Source: Chrysochromulina tobinii
Taxonomy: Eukaryota
Direction: 5' to 3'
Assembly (NCBI GenBank): GCA_001275005.1
Contig: JWZX01002826.1
Coordinates: 1-42,052 of the forward strand
Length of the DNA: 42,052 bases
Positions 22,692-32,269 of the stretch are shown here, piece by piece; position 1 is the stretch's first letter; each line of letters starts with the position of its first letter. The position numbers were made by a program, and so were the translations under genes. The notes under the pieces were generated by a model. The model had not been told where the DNA came from, did no database searches, and saw nothing but the letters and a program-made list of their open reading frames with translations.

Positions 22692-22885
22692 GCCGCGGGG
22701 AAGGCTGGGGATGCACCGGAGACGCCTGCCCGCAATGCGCAAACGAAATCTTAAACTGTGGACCTCACAACAGGTCCCTCTCCCTCATCGTCGTTCGAAC
22801 TGACGCCGAGACAGCTTCCAAAGGACTGCGGTTGTGGCTGCCGCCCAACGTTGAATACGAAAAGTCGGTTGGCTGAGATGGGAGC
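22692..22885. repeat. Copy 1 of a ~200-bp direct repeat flanking the caspase gene
   Basis: Matches 25035-25238 (gagacgcctgcccgca...gacctcacaacaggtccc...ggctgagatgggagc). Confidence 0.92.
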
Positions 22886-23025
22886 GCCTACTCCGCCTTG
22901 TCCACCTTGGGCGGTTCCGACTTGCAGCACTGAGTGACGTTACGCGCCGGACATGGACGCGACCTCGTCCATCGCGTCGCTCAAGCAGCCTTCGGAGCAG
23001 AGCAACGCACGCACGCGCTCTGCAT

Positions 23026-24498
23026 TCATGCGTGCATAGTTGCTCCAGTGGCTCCAGTTGCTCCTGCATCTGGCTGCGCGCTGTTCCCCACACCACCAGC
23101 TATCCCGACCTCAGTCACATCCTGGCGTATAGGAAAAAGTGAGGCATCCTCACATCGCAGGCAATGATTAACGAACGGTCTCTGGGGCAACGGGAGGTGC
23201 TGTGTCGCCTGCTCGACTGCGTTGCCTATGCGGATGAACAGCTTGTTGATCTCCAGTCCAGGCGTCTCCAAGTGCTCCAGCAGATGGTGGGTGAAGATGC
23301 CATGTGGATCTTTTGGGAGCTCAATCGATCTCGCTCCTGGCGCGCATGCAAAGGCCACGAGCGATCCTTTGGGGTCCATCGAGGCGAGTCCGTTGAAGGG
23401 TCCTCCACTGGAACCGAGCGAGCGCGTGCCGGCTGGGAGCGGGTCGTCACGGCAGCAGTCGAGCACGAGCGCGTTGAATCGCGTCCCCCGAGCCTCCATC
23501 TCGGCGAGCAGGTTGTGCGCATCGAGCGCATACCGAGGCAGATCCGAATTGCTCTCAGGTACATTTCGAGCGAGCAACCAGTTGGAGGTGCGGGGCTTGC
23601 CAGCTTGCAGGACAGAGGCCTCTGTGCCGTGGCCTGCGAAATAGAAGAACGCAATGTCGTTTTTCTGCAAGGTGTCGACAAACGTGCGCCTGGCATTGAG
23701 AAGGGTGTCGATGTCACAGTCTGTTACTAGCGTGCTGGCATATCCCATTCGCTGGAGCGCAGCATGCACAGCCGATGCATCATTGATGCAGCATCGTAGC
23801 GGCAACCTCGAGTATGTGTTGATGCCGACTACGAGCGCCTTCCGTGTGCTGGGTCGTAGCGGCATCGCTCCGGTAGGCTGCTCCGCCTTCGCCTTCGGCT
23901 TCTTTGTCGGCGGCTCATTACTGGCATGCTCAGCAACTTCGTCGACGTCGCTCAAGAGCTCAACCACGTCGCGGGCCTGAGGCGCTCGCGCCATTGCCGC
24001 AGGCGTGACATTTGGGCTGGGCTGCCTGGCGGCCGCCTCCGCAAGGCTCATCCCAATGGCCCGCGCCACCTGCTGCTCCTCCTCATCCGCATTCCCGCTC
24101 CCGTAACGGTCTAGATAGGGAGCTCTTCCTGAGCTATCTGCGGACCGTGACAGCGAGGTGGCGGCAGGGTAGCCCAGGTAGGCATGCGGCGGGTGGCCGG
24201 GCGGCGGCAGGTAGACCCGCAGGCCGGGCGCGGGCGACAGGTACGGCCGCGTGGTCGCCGGCATGAGCCCGTTGGCCGGCCACCCAGTGCTTCTCGCCGA
24301 CTGAATATCGACCATTGGGTTGCATGGGTACAAGTTCTTGTCTTGCACGTCTACTTGCTCTCCAACCCGTGAACCGGTCTCGATCCGCACCGTCCCTCGG
24401 TCGTTGCTCCAATCGACGATTATGCCGTTTTGCCCATTGTAAATGCAGTCAGCCCCGCACAAGGCTCCAACTCCCACGCGCTCGCCTTGCACGGGCAT
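23026..24498 (-). CDS. Caspase-family peptidase C14 (paracaspase/metacaspase-like) with N-terminal SH3/KOW-like and UIM-like elements
   Basis: RKALVVGINTY...LRCCINDA, FFYFAGHG (His), LVLDCCR (Cys), GSLVAFACAPG, HGIFTHHLL; UIM-like DEEEQQVARAIGMSLAE. ATG at 24498. Confidence 0.9.
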   Translation of the reverse strand: MPVQGERVGVGALCGADCIYNGQNGIIVDWSNDRGTVRIETGSRVGEQVDVQDKNLYPCNPMVDIQSARSTGWPANGLMPATTRPYLSPAPGLRVYLPPPGHPPHAYLGYPAATSLSRSADSSGRAPYLDRYGSGNADEEEQQVARAIGMSLAEAAARQPSPNVTPAAMARAPQARDVVELLSDVDEVAEHASNEPPTKKPKAKAEQPTGAMPLRPSTRKALVVGINTYSRLPLRCCINDASAVHAALQRMGYASTLVTDCDIDTLLNARRTFVDTLQKNDIAFFYFAGHGTEASVLQAGKPRTSNWLLARNVPESNSDLPRYALDAHNLLAEMEARGTRFNALVLDCCRDDPLPAGTRSLGSSGGPFNGLASMDPKGSLVAFACAPGARSIELPKDPHGIFTHHLLEHLETPGLEINKLFIRIGNAVEQATQHLPLPQRPFVNHCLRCEDASLFPIRQDVTEVGIAGGVGNSAQPDAGATGATGATMHA

Positions 24499-25034
24499 TT
24501 GCGACCGTGGGGCTATGGACCGCGTCCCCGCGCGCGAACTCAAAGCATGTGTGCGCGTTTTCTACCGGTATTCTGAACGTTTCTTCGATCGGTCCAAAGA
24601 AGAACACACCGCGGGGACGCCGGGACCCGGTTCAAAGACTCATCGGGGGAGCCGGGACACGCCGGGACACACGTATCACGTTCCGGAACAGTACTTTGAG
24701 CTATACACTGTCGGAAATGAATTTCCCAAAGACGCCGCTCCGTACGTGTAGAAGTACGATGTGCGACTGCTGCGACGACCTGGCTTTTCGTGAGTGAAAG
24801 AGGGATCACACGAGTCAAGTTATGTCTACGCGGCTGTGCTGGGCTGTGACGAATTATGTAGTAACATAACCAATTCATCAAATACGCTCAATGCGGCGCT
24901 TCAATCAGCACAGCACCTTAAATACCCGGTATAGATACAACTGGGGCAGCGCCAGCGGACGGGAGTCATTGTGTTCATCATTGTGACGGGAATGCGCGGT
25001 TTGAATTCGTAGAAAGTCGCGCGTAACAGCGCCG

Positions 25035-25238
25035 GCCGCGGGGAAAGCCGGCGGGATGCACCGCAGCACCGGAGACGCCTGCCCGCAAACGAAATCTAAA
25101 ACTGTGCACTGTGGACCTCACAACAGGTCCCTCTCCCTCATCGTCGTTCGATCTGACGCCGAGACAGCTTCCAAAGGACTGCGGTTGTGGCTGCCGCCCA
25201 ACGTTGAATACGAAAAGTCGGTTGGCTGAGATGGGAGC
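25035..25238. repeat. Copy 2 of the ~200-bp direct repeat; overlaps the last codons and 3' flank of the ACBP-PX-C2 gene
   Basis: Aligns with 22692-22885. Confidence 0.92.
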
Positions 25239-28200
25239 TGCCCAACGCGCTCCCCATACGCCTCGTCGAGCGGTTTCGCCGTCGAGCGATGGAGCTCCGG
25301 CAGCGAGATCACCTTGGGGAAGTGCGGCCATCGGCGGCTGCGGAAAGTACATCGTGCCTCGCTGAGCAGCTGCTGCCGAGAAGCATCACGCTCCCTCTCC
25401 GCGAGCGGCCGTTGGGCTTCGGCCTGCAGAGCGGCGGCGGCCTCTCGAGCGAGCTCGGCCTCGTCGGCCGCATGTCTCTCGGCGACGGCATTGGCGACCA
25501 TGCGCCTCGCCTCCGTGTCACTGGCCGCTTGGTACTGGCGCTCGAGCCCTGCCTGCTTACCTGCAATCAGTGGCAATCAATGACAATCATTGTCACTCAG
25601 TGGCACGCAGTGGCAATCAATGGCCAGCAGAGTGGCGCTCGAGCGCTGCCTGCTCACCAGCCTGCTTTTGGCGCTCACGCTCGAAGAAGTATTGGTGCGG
25701 ACCCAATAGAGCGAGCCCGAGCAGGCGCAGCAGGAGTCGCCAGGGGACCCATGGAAGCACGAGCGCAGAGAACATGAGCGCCACGCACAGCCAGCCGGTG
25801 AGCACAGGGTCGTCCCATCGTCCGATGGATCGAAGTGCGCGGACGTACACGAGCAGCTCGGCCAGGTCGCGCTGCACCGGGCCCAGGTACACGGCGAGCG
25901 GGTTGATAGTACCTTCCTGGACTACAGCGCGCGCGGTGCTCGTAGCGGCGCTCTCGACCGCACTCGCGGTGCTCGCTGCGGCTTCCCCTAGAGCGGCCAC
26001 GACCTCGGTCACCCCTTTTACTGTCACGCCAGCCAACCCCGTGACCGAACGCAAGAGCGCTCTCCTGGGAGGGTGCCGCGCCATGCCGCCAAGATTGCCC
26101 TCAATCCCGCCGTCCATCTCCACGGCGCCCGCCAGGCTCGCAGCCTCCACGTCGTTGTCGCCCATCCGAGCACCGGCCATGGTACGCCCACGACGGCGCG
26201 CGTCGGCTCGCACGCGCCGCTCCCGTTGGTACTGTTGTTCGACGACCTCGGCCAGCGGTGCACGCTGGCGACCACGGTCGAAGTTGCTGCCAACGGCGCG
26301 CGCGGTGCTCATAGCGGCGCCCCCGACCGCACCCCCGACCGCACTTGCGGTGCTCGCTGCGGCATTGGCGACAGCACTCGCGGTGCCCACAACGGCGCCG
26401 GCCACCCCTCCTGTCACCGAGCGCAGCAGCGCGCGCGGCGACGCCACGTCGCGTGAAATGGAGCCATCGTGGGCGCCGCGGTCGGCCGCGGCATCGGCCC
26501 ATGTGGTCGTCGCACCGCCGTCCGCATCGGGATTCGCCACCATCGCGTCCTCGGTGGCGAGCGGTGGCGTGTACGAGAGGCTCGGTGGACGGCCAAGGAG
26601 GAGCAGCCACCTCCAGCTTTCCCAGAGCGAGGGCGGCCGGTGGAGCTCGGCGCTACTGTCGCGCGCGTCGCAATAGGCCTTGCCCAGCGCCCAGAGCAGC
26701 GCACCCGGCAGCAACGAAAGCACGAGGGCTGCGTGGCTGCAGAAGTACTGCCACATGATGAGCGCGGTCAGAGAGCTGAGCGGCTGCCGGTACGTGATCA
26801 GGTCTCGCACGTCGCGGGCGAGCACATCCAACGGCTCGCGTAGTGAGAGCATCTCATCCAAGTACGACTGGAAGGTGCTCCACGAATAACGGCGAGCAGA
26901 GGCGAGCCCAAAGTAGGTGAACTGCATGCGTGCCTCGTCTGCGGGCTCGCTCAGAGGGAGCACGGGTGGGTGGCCGAGCGGCGGCATGCGCCCCCAATAG
27001 CCGACTAGCCGGGACGCTGCCGAGGTCCAGGTGACCGAGTAGCGCACGCGCACGTGCCCGAGGAGATGAGCCGCAAGGGCGTCCTCTGCCGAGTCGGGGC
27101 ATAGGTGGAGGGGGAGCCAGCTCGTGTACACGGTGTTCGGATGGAGCGTGGCCAGTCGAATCTCCACGCGACCGAGAGGGTCGTCCGCGTCGAGGGTCGA
27201 AAAGTCGGCGTCGAAGAGCGCCACACACAGGCTGGCGAACGGCGAGAAGACCGGGAGGCGGGCGGCGCGAGCATCCTCGGCACGCCAGCGCGGGTGGCTC
27301 GTGTCCTCGAGGCACACTGTCTGCACTGCATAGCTCTCGAGCACGAGCACCGCGTACACGTCGTTCGGGCTCAGCAAGTCCGCCTGAAGCAACCCGACGG
27401 CCTCGAGCACCTCGATGCGCACCTCGCCGATGGCCGACGCGAGCGGCGGATGCAACGCGGGCGCCTCGCCAGCGTGGGGCACCAGGCTGCGCGGCGCAAG
27501 CTTGCGCGCCGCCGCTTGGACCATCGCCGTCGGCCAGCCACCCGCGGCGGTGTACCACGCAGACTCGGGTGTGCGCTTTTCCACGTCGCTGCCCGAAGAG
27601 AGGAAGTGGCGGAACGTCGACGGTCCACGCTCCTCGAGGACGCTCACGTCCCACACGCGCGCCATGCCACGCAGCAGCTGCTGCATCGTCTGAGCGCGCT
27701 GCTCGCATAGCGTGCGGTCCACCTTGCTCGTCGTCACGGTGTGCCGATAGAAGGTGGGCAGCGAGCTCTGCGCGAGTTTCATCTCACTCAGGTGGAAGAG
27801 TTGGAGAGCGTCCCACAAGCGCGCCAAGTCCGACCAGCGCACGATGCACCGCCACGAGTGCGAGCCCTCGCGGCAGTCGATCTCGTACACGGCATACGCC
27901 TCGTTGCCGCGCTTCGAGGTCGACTGCGTGTACCGCACCTGGAGGAAGCGCACCGAGAGGGCGAGCGCTCGGCGATCGCGAGCCTGCAGAGACTCGACAT
28001 AGGAGCCGTACTTGGCCATGGCCGCCGCTCGCGTGAGGTCGCGCATGCCCGACCATGCCTGATGCTTCATCCTCCCAACGATGTCGAGCGCAGAGGTTGT
28101 TGGCGCCAGAGGCGCCGGCCCGACTGTTGCCTGCTTGAAGAGCCCGTACAGATGCAACTTCTGTTCGCTGCTCAATTTGCCGGCTGGGAAGTCGGCCGCT

Positions 28201-28286
28201 GCCGCGGCTGCAGCCTCAAAGGACGCCGCGAGCGCATTCGCCTCCTCTAAGGCAGCGGTAGAGACCTCCGCCACTGGCGCCTCCAT
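25118..28286 (-). CDS. Acyl-CoA-binding (ACBP) + PX + C2 + MCTP-like transmembrane protein; exons 28286-25658 and 25560-25118
   Basis: ACBP QKLHLYGLFKQATVGP...KHQAW; PX YAVYEI...VRWSDLARLWDAL...EQRAQTMQQLL; C2 IGEVRIEVLEAVGL...NDVYAVL...LFDAD...DDPLGRVEI; TM WDDPVLTGWLCVAL...LLGP. Spliced length 3072 nt. Confidence 0.85.
25561..25657 (-). other. GT-AG intron (97 bp) whose first 25 nt copy the downstream exon start
   Basis: GCTG|gtgagcaggcagcgctcgagcgcca...(tgattgcca)...ctgattgcag|GTAAGCAGGCAGGGCTCGAGCGCCA; 23/25 identity. Confidence 0.85.
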
Positions 28287-28350
28287 TGTTATTTACAGCC
28301 GATACTCTCTCGGAATGCTAGACCATGCTTCTGTGGGGAAAAGCGGTCGC

Positions 28351-28447
28351 CTGCATGCAACGAGAGGGGCAGGGGGAAAGGGGGGGAAGGGGGGGAAGGG
28401 GGGGAAGGGGGGAAGAAGGGGGGAGAAGGGGGTCTTGTGGGGAAGTG
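28351..28447 (-). repeat. Partial, inverted relative of the pyrimidine-rich 3' part of the 16.3/17.7 kb repeat
   Basis: cacttccccacaagaccccc-(ttcccccc)n-ctctcgttgcatgcag versus cactttcccacaagatcccc-(ttcccc)n-...ctctcgttgcatg. Confidence 0.65.
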
Positions 28448-28449
28448 GA

Positions 28450-30010
28450 GTCCACCGCGCTCGAGCTCGGGCACTTCTTGGGGAGCACGAGGGCGGCGGG
28501 CGCGCCGACTTAACGCCGACGGCGTCGCCGATCGAGGCCAACATAGCGACCTGTACTGGCGTTTGGCCTTGTCTTTGCCCTCGTCTAACTCGGGGTCACT
28601 GGCTTGTTCGAGGCGCTCGCGCCCATGCCCGTGTCCACGTCCATGTCGTCGGCGGCGGCAGCTTCGTCTGGTTGTTCTTGTCTTTGCCGTAAGACGCGAC
28701 ACTCACCGAGGAAATATAGTCGCCTCGCGTACGTGTCGACAATGCCGGCGTACCCTGCCGCCGTCCGGCCTCCCGACCAACTTGCCAGCAGGTTTTGCGG
28801 GTGGACGAATCCAACAACCACCGCGCTACCGTTGGTGAACGCGTAGCGCGGCGCGGAGAGGCCGTACTGGTCGCCCAGGAGAGAGCATCGGGGCGTCGCT
28901 GTCGTCGCTGTCGTCAGCACCGCCGTCGTCGTGATAGGAAGGCGCCTTCCGAGACCGCTTGCCCATCTCAAGCTCGAAACTATGTATCCCAAAATGGTTG
29001 TGCGGTAGCGTGCAGCGCACACGCTGACTCATGACGAGAAGGATCGCGCCACAAGTTGCCATCGCGCCCACACTGCCGCTTTTGCCACTGCCAAGATGCC
29101 GCTGTGAGCTACTTGAGCTTCGTCAGAGATGTCAAACTCGGGGGCCACGCCCCAGTACAGGAAGGCCCAATGGACCTGCGGCCGTACAGATTGGGGAAGA
29201 TTTTCGTTGATGCCATAGTGCTCGGCGCGCGGCGGGTTGACGGCCGCATCATCTGTGGGCGGTGGCGCGCATGACGTATCTCCCTTCTTCGACGTATGCA
29301 AGAAGGGTCTCCTGACCGGCGCCGGCTGCACGTGCGGCGCCGCTCGCGCCTGCAGCGGCGAACGTGCCGACTGCATCCAAGCACCGCCGCTGCCGAAGCG
29401 AATAACTTCGCTATGGGATGCGGAACTTTTGTTGGTGGCATAGACTGCGCAGCCCGGGGCACATGGAGGAGGGTCTCCGCGGCTCCACGCCGGAACGCCA
29501 AGCCAGCTCTCTCGCCCGTTGTGCAGACGTACACTAGCAGCCGACCCGAATTCTCTGCACCGACACGACCCACGCGCCAGCCGGCACAAGCAGCACCTCG
29601 TCGTTGGCCTTGACACCTTCGCGCAGCATGTGCGTGTATAAGCGCCGCGCCATGAGCAGCTGGTCGGCGATGGCAGTCAGCGGCGGCAGCTTCGTCTGGT
29701 TGTTGTCTTTGCCGTAAGACGCGACACTCACCGAGGACAGGTCTGTGAGCGGGCCTTCCTGAATCGTGTCGACCGAGTGCAGCCACCCGGGTGGGATCCA
29801 CAAGACGTCGCCCCCTTCCTGCGTGATGCATACCGCTGGTGGAGTGGCTGGTGGTGCCGTGGGTAACTCGTGATGGTTGAGCTTGGCGAAGGTCCCATCC
29901 CACGTTGAGCCCACGCTGATCAACGGTCCATCAGCTTCATCAGCAAAGGCAGCTGCGGGCCTTGGATGCATGGTTTGGCCAATCTTTGATGAGGAAGAAG
30001 GGCGCAAAGG
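28450..30010 (-). pseudogene. Fragmented coding-like region including a JmjC/cupin-like fragment and an internal ~60-bp duplication (28653-28712 and 29681-29737)
   Basis: CITQEGGDVLWIPPGWLHSVDT matches the JmjC C-terminal QxxGDxLxIPxGWxHxV motif; SSVSVASYGKD(K)NNQTKLPP encoded twice; no long intact ORF. Confidence 0.45.
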
Positions 30011-30626
30011 ACGCCACTGCCCAACCTGCCCGCATGCAAGACGGCTGCCGCTTCGGCCTCAGCCGGGCCAGCCCCCTCTTGATTCATGATTGGCGTATGG
30101 CGATCGCGGCATTCACCCGGGACAGGGCGGTGTGGCCTGGCAGTGAAGTGAAGTCATAGTCAACACTCAGTTTGAAATCAGGGTATCGATGAGGAAAGGA
30201 TGCAAATCCAAATATATAAATCCCTCCCCAGTCCCCTACCCGCCCTTGGGTAAAACAATTAATTTAATAATTACCTCGGTAACCAACCGAACGAATTGCG
30301 GAACGAATACACGCCGGAACCCGGATCCCTGCAGGCACAGATGCTCGAGCCCCGCAACGAGGGCGGCGCCGTGCTGCGCGAGCGTTGCCGGCTCCAACTT
30401 CCCAAGCGTCTGCACCTACCGCCCGGCCGAGCCCGAGCGCACGCCTGCGAGGGTTCGAGTCTCTTCACCTCACGAGGTTTTGTACTTAAGCCCACGCAAT
30501 GGCGCGAACTTCCAAAGCAAAATCAGGTGGGAAGCACAGTATCTGGTACAGTTCAGTAGGAAGTGTGCGTCTCATAGTCTCGCGTCTCCGGCTCTCCGCG
30601 CCTGCCGGCTGGCCTGCCCCGGGGCA

Positions 30627-31895
30627 TCATCGAAAGAGAGGCAAGCGGCGCGAGAGCACGCCCGTCGCTCGGAGTGCTTGCGCTAGCGCGGTGATCTGCG
30701 CGCGCGAGTGCGCCGCTGAGAGTGCGATGCGTAGCCGCGACGAGCCCGCCGGAACCGTCGGTGGCCGGATAGCCGGTACATGGAAGCCCTGGCGTAGCAG
30801 TGACGCGCTCGCGCCCAGCGCGGCGGCGGCATCGCCCACGACGATGGGCACAATGTGGCTTCCTCCAGGCTCTAGCCCCGCCGCTTGGGCGAACAGGTCC
30901 ACGTTGGCACGTAGCTGGGCGCGGAGCGCGGGCGTCGCGTGCTCAAGCGCCGCCGAGGCCGCCGCGAGCACGGGAGCGGGCAGCGCTGTCGAGTAGATGC
31001 CGGCGCGTCCGCGGGAGATGAGTAACTGCTTGAGGGGAGCACTCGTGGCCACGAAGCCGCCGTGCGCTCCGAACGCCTTGGAGAGCGTGCCTACGTGCAC
31101 ATCGACCTCGTGCGCCACGCCCGCCGCCTCGGCCGCACCGCCGCCGTGCTCGCCACACACGAGCGTCGCATGCGCTTCGTCAAGGCAGAGCAACGCACCA
31201 TGCCGATGCCGCAGCTGCACGAGGCCCGCGCAGTCGGCGTAGTCGCCGTCCATGGAGAAGAGCGAGTCCGAGACGATGAGCTTGCGCGGCGCCGAGCTCG
31301 CGCTCAGCAGCGCGTCCAGATGCTCGAGGTCGTTGTGCCGGTAAATGTGCAGCGACGCGCCCTGCCGCCGTCGGGTTGCAAGCAGACTACCATCGATGAT
31401 CGACGCGTGGTTGAGCTCGTCGGAGAAGATGGCACAGTCCTCAGCGTCAGCGAGGGCGCCAAGCACGGCCAGATTAGCAGCGTAACCCGTGGGGAACAAA
31501 AGACACTCCTCCGAGCTCTTGAGCGCCGCGAGTGAGCTCTCGAGCATGCGGTGCGCCGCCGTGTACCCACAGACCAGCGCAGACGAACGTGGCCCACAGC
31601 CGTGCTCACTAGCCGCGGCTGCCGCCGCAGACCTCACGGCAGGATGCATACTCAATCCAAGGTAGTCGTTGGTCGCAAACATCGCGAGCTCCACTGGCGC
31701 TCCTATGCCGACCTTCGGTGCCTCGCCAACACTCGGCATGTTGCTCACCCACTGCCTGTGCGTGGTTTCGTCCACATATACCGTGGAGGCGACGTGAGGC
31801 GAAGGGGTGACCGTGCGCAACGAGCGCAGCAATTCTTGGCTCGCGAGGCTGCTGGTCTTCTGCTCGCACCACTCCAGCCACGCGGTCGACGCCAT
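30627..31895 (-). CDS. bioF: 8-amino-7-oxononanoate synthase (PLP class II aminotransferase)
   Basis: FATNDYLGLS, LLFPTGYAAN, FSDELNHASIIDG, YRHND, SDSLFSMDGD, DEAHAT, GTLSKAFG, PAIRPPTVPAGSSRLRI. Confidence 0.93.
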   Translation of the reverse strand: MASTAWLEWCEQKTSSLASQELLRSLRTVTPSPHVASTVYVDETTHRQWVSNMPSVGEAPKVGIGAPVELAMFATNDYLGLSMHPAVRSAAAAAASEHGCGPRSSALVCGYTAAHRMLESSLAALKSSEECLLFPTGYAANLAVLGALADAEDCAIFSDELNHASIIDGSLLATRRRQGASLHIYRHNDLEHLDALLSASSAPRKLIVSDSLFSMDGDYADCAGLVQLRHRHGALLCLDEAHATLVCGEHGGGAAEAAGVAHEVDVHVGTLSKAFGAHGGFVATSAPLKQLLISRGRAGIYSTALPAPVLAAASAALEHATPALRAQLRANVDLFAQAAGLEPGGSHIVPIVVGDAAAALGASASLLRQGFHVPAIRPPTVPAGSSRLRIALSAAHSRAQITALAQALRATGVLSRRLPLFR

Positions 31896-32031
31896 TTGCG
31901 AAAGTCGAGGTAAAGGCTGTGAATTCACACTTTGCTACCGGTACCATGGATGATCATAAAGAGCTGGATCGTTCTTTCTTTTCATGGAATGATTGCATGC
32001 AACCTAATATGCCTGTGGCCGTCGCAATTTT

Positions 32032-32056
32032 CTGAACTGAACTGAACTGAACTGAA
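32032..32056. repeat. (CTGAA)5 microsatellite in the divergent intergenic region
   Basis: ctgaactgaactgaactgaactgaa. Confidence 0.9.
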
Positions 32057-32269
32057 TTGTGAGCGTTGTGCGTGCAGCGCGGTACGGCAAGTTCCATGTA
32101 CTCTCACGCGCCGGCATCTCCTTCAAATTCCCCCACCGCAATTCAGAGGGTCCCGCCTGCCAATTGATAGTTACCTCGATACAATTTCAATACTTCAACG
32201 CGCGAGCTCGGGTTCTCCTGGCGTTCTTCCAAGTTAGGATTCCTACCGGGTACGGGACAGAAAAGCCTC

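Noticed and set aside
18155..31895. Biotin cluster (hydrolase as BioH plus bioF)
   Set aside because: More than 11 kb apart with unrelated genes between, and no BioH-specific evidence.
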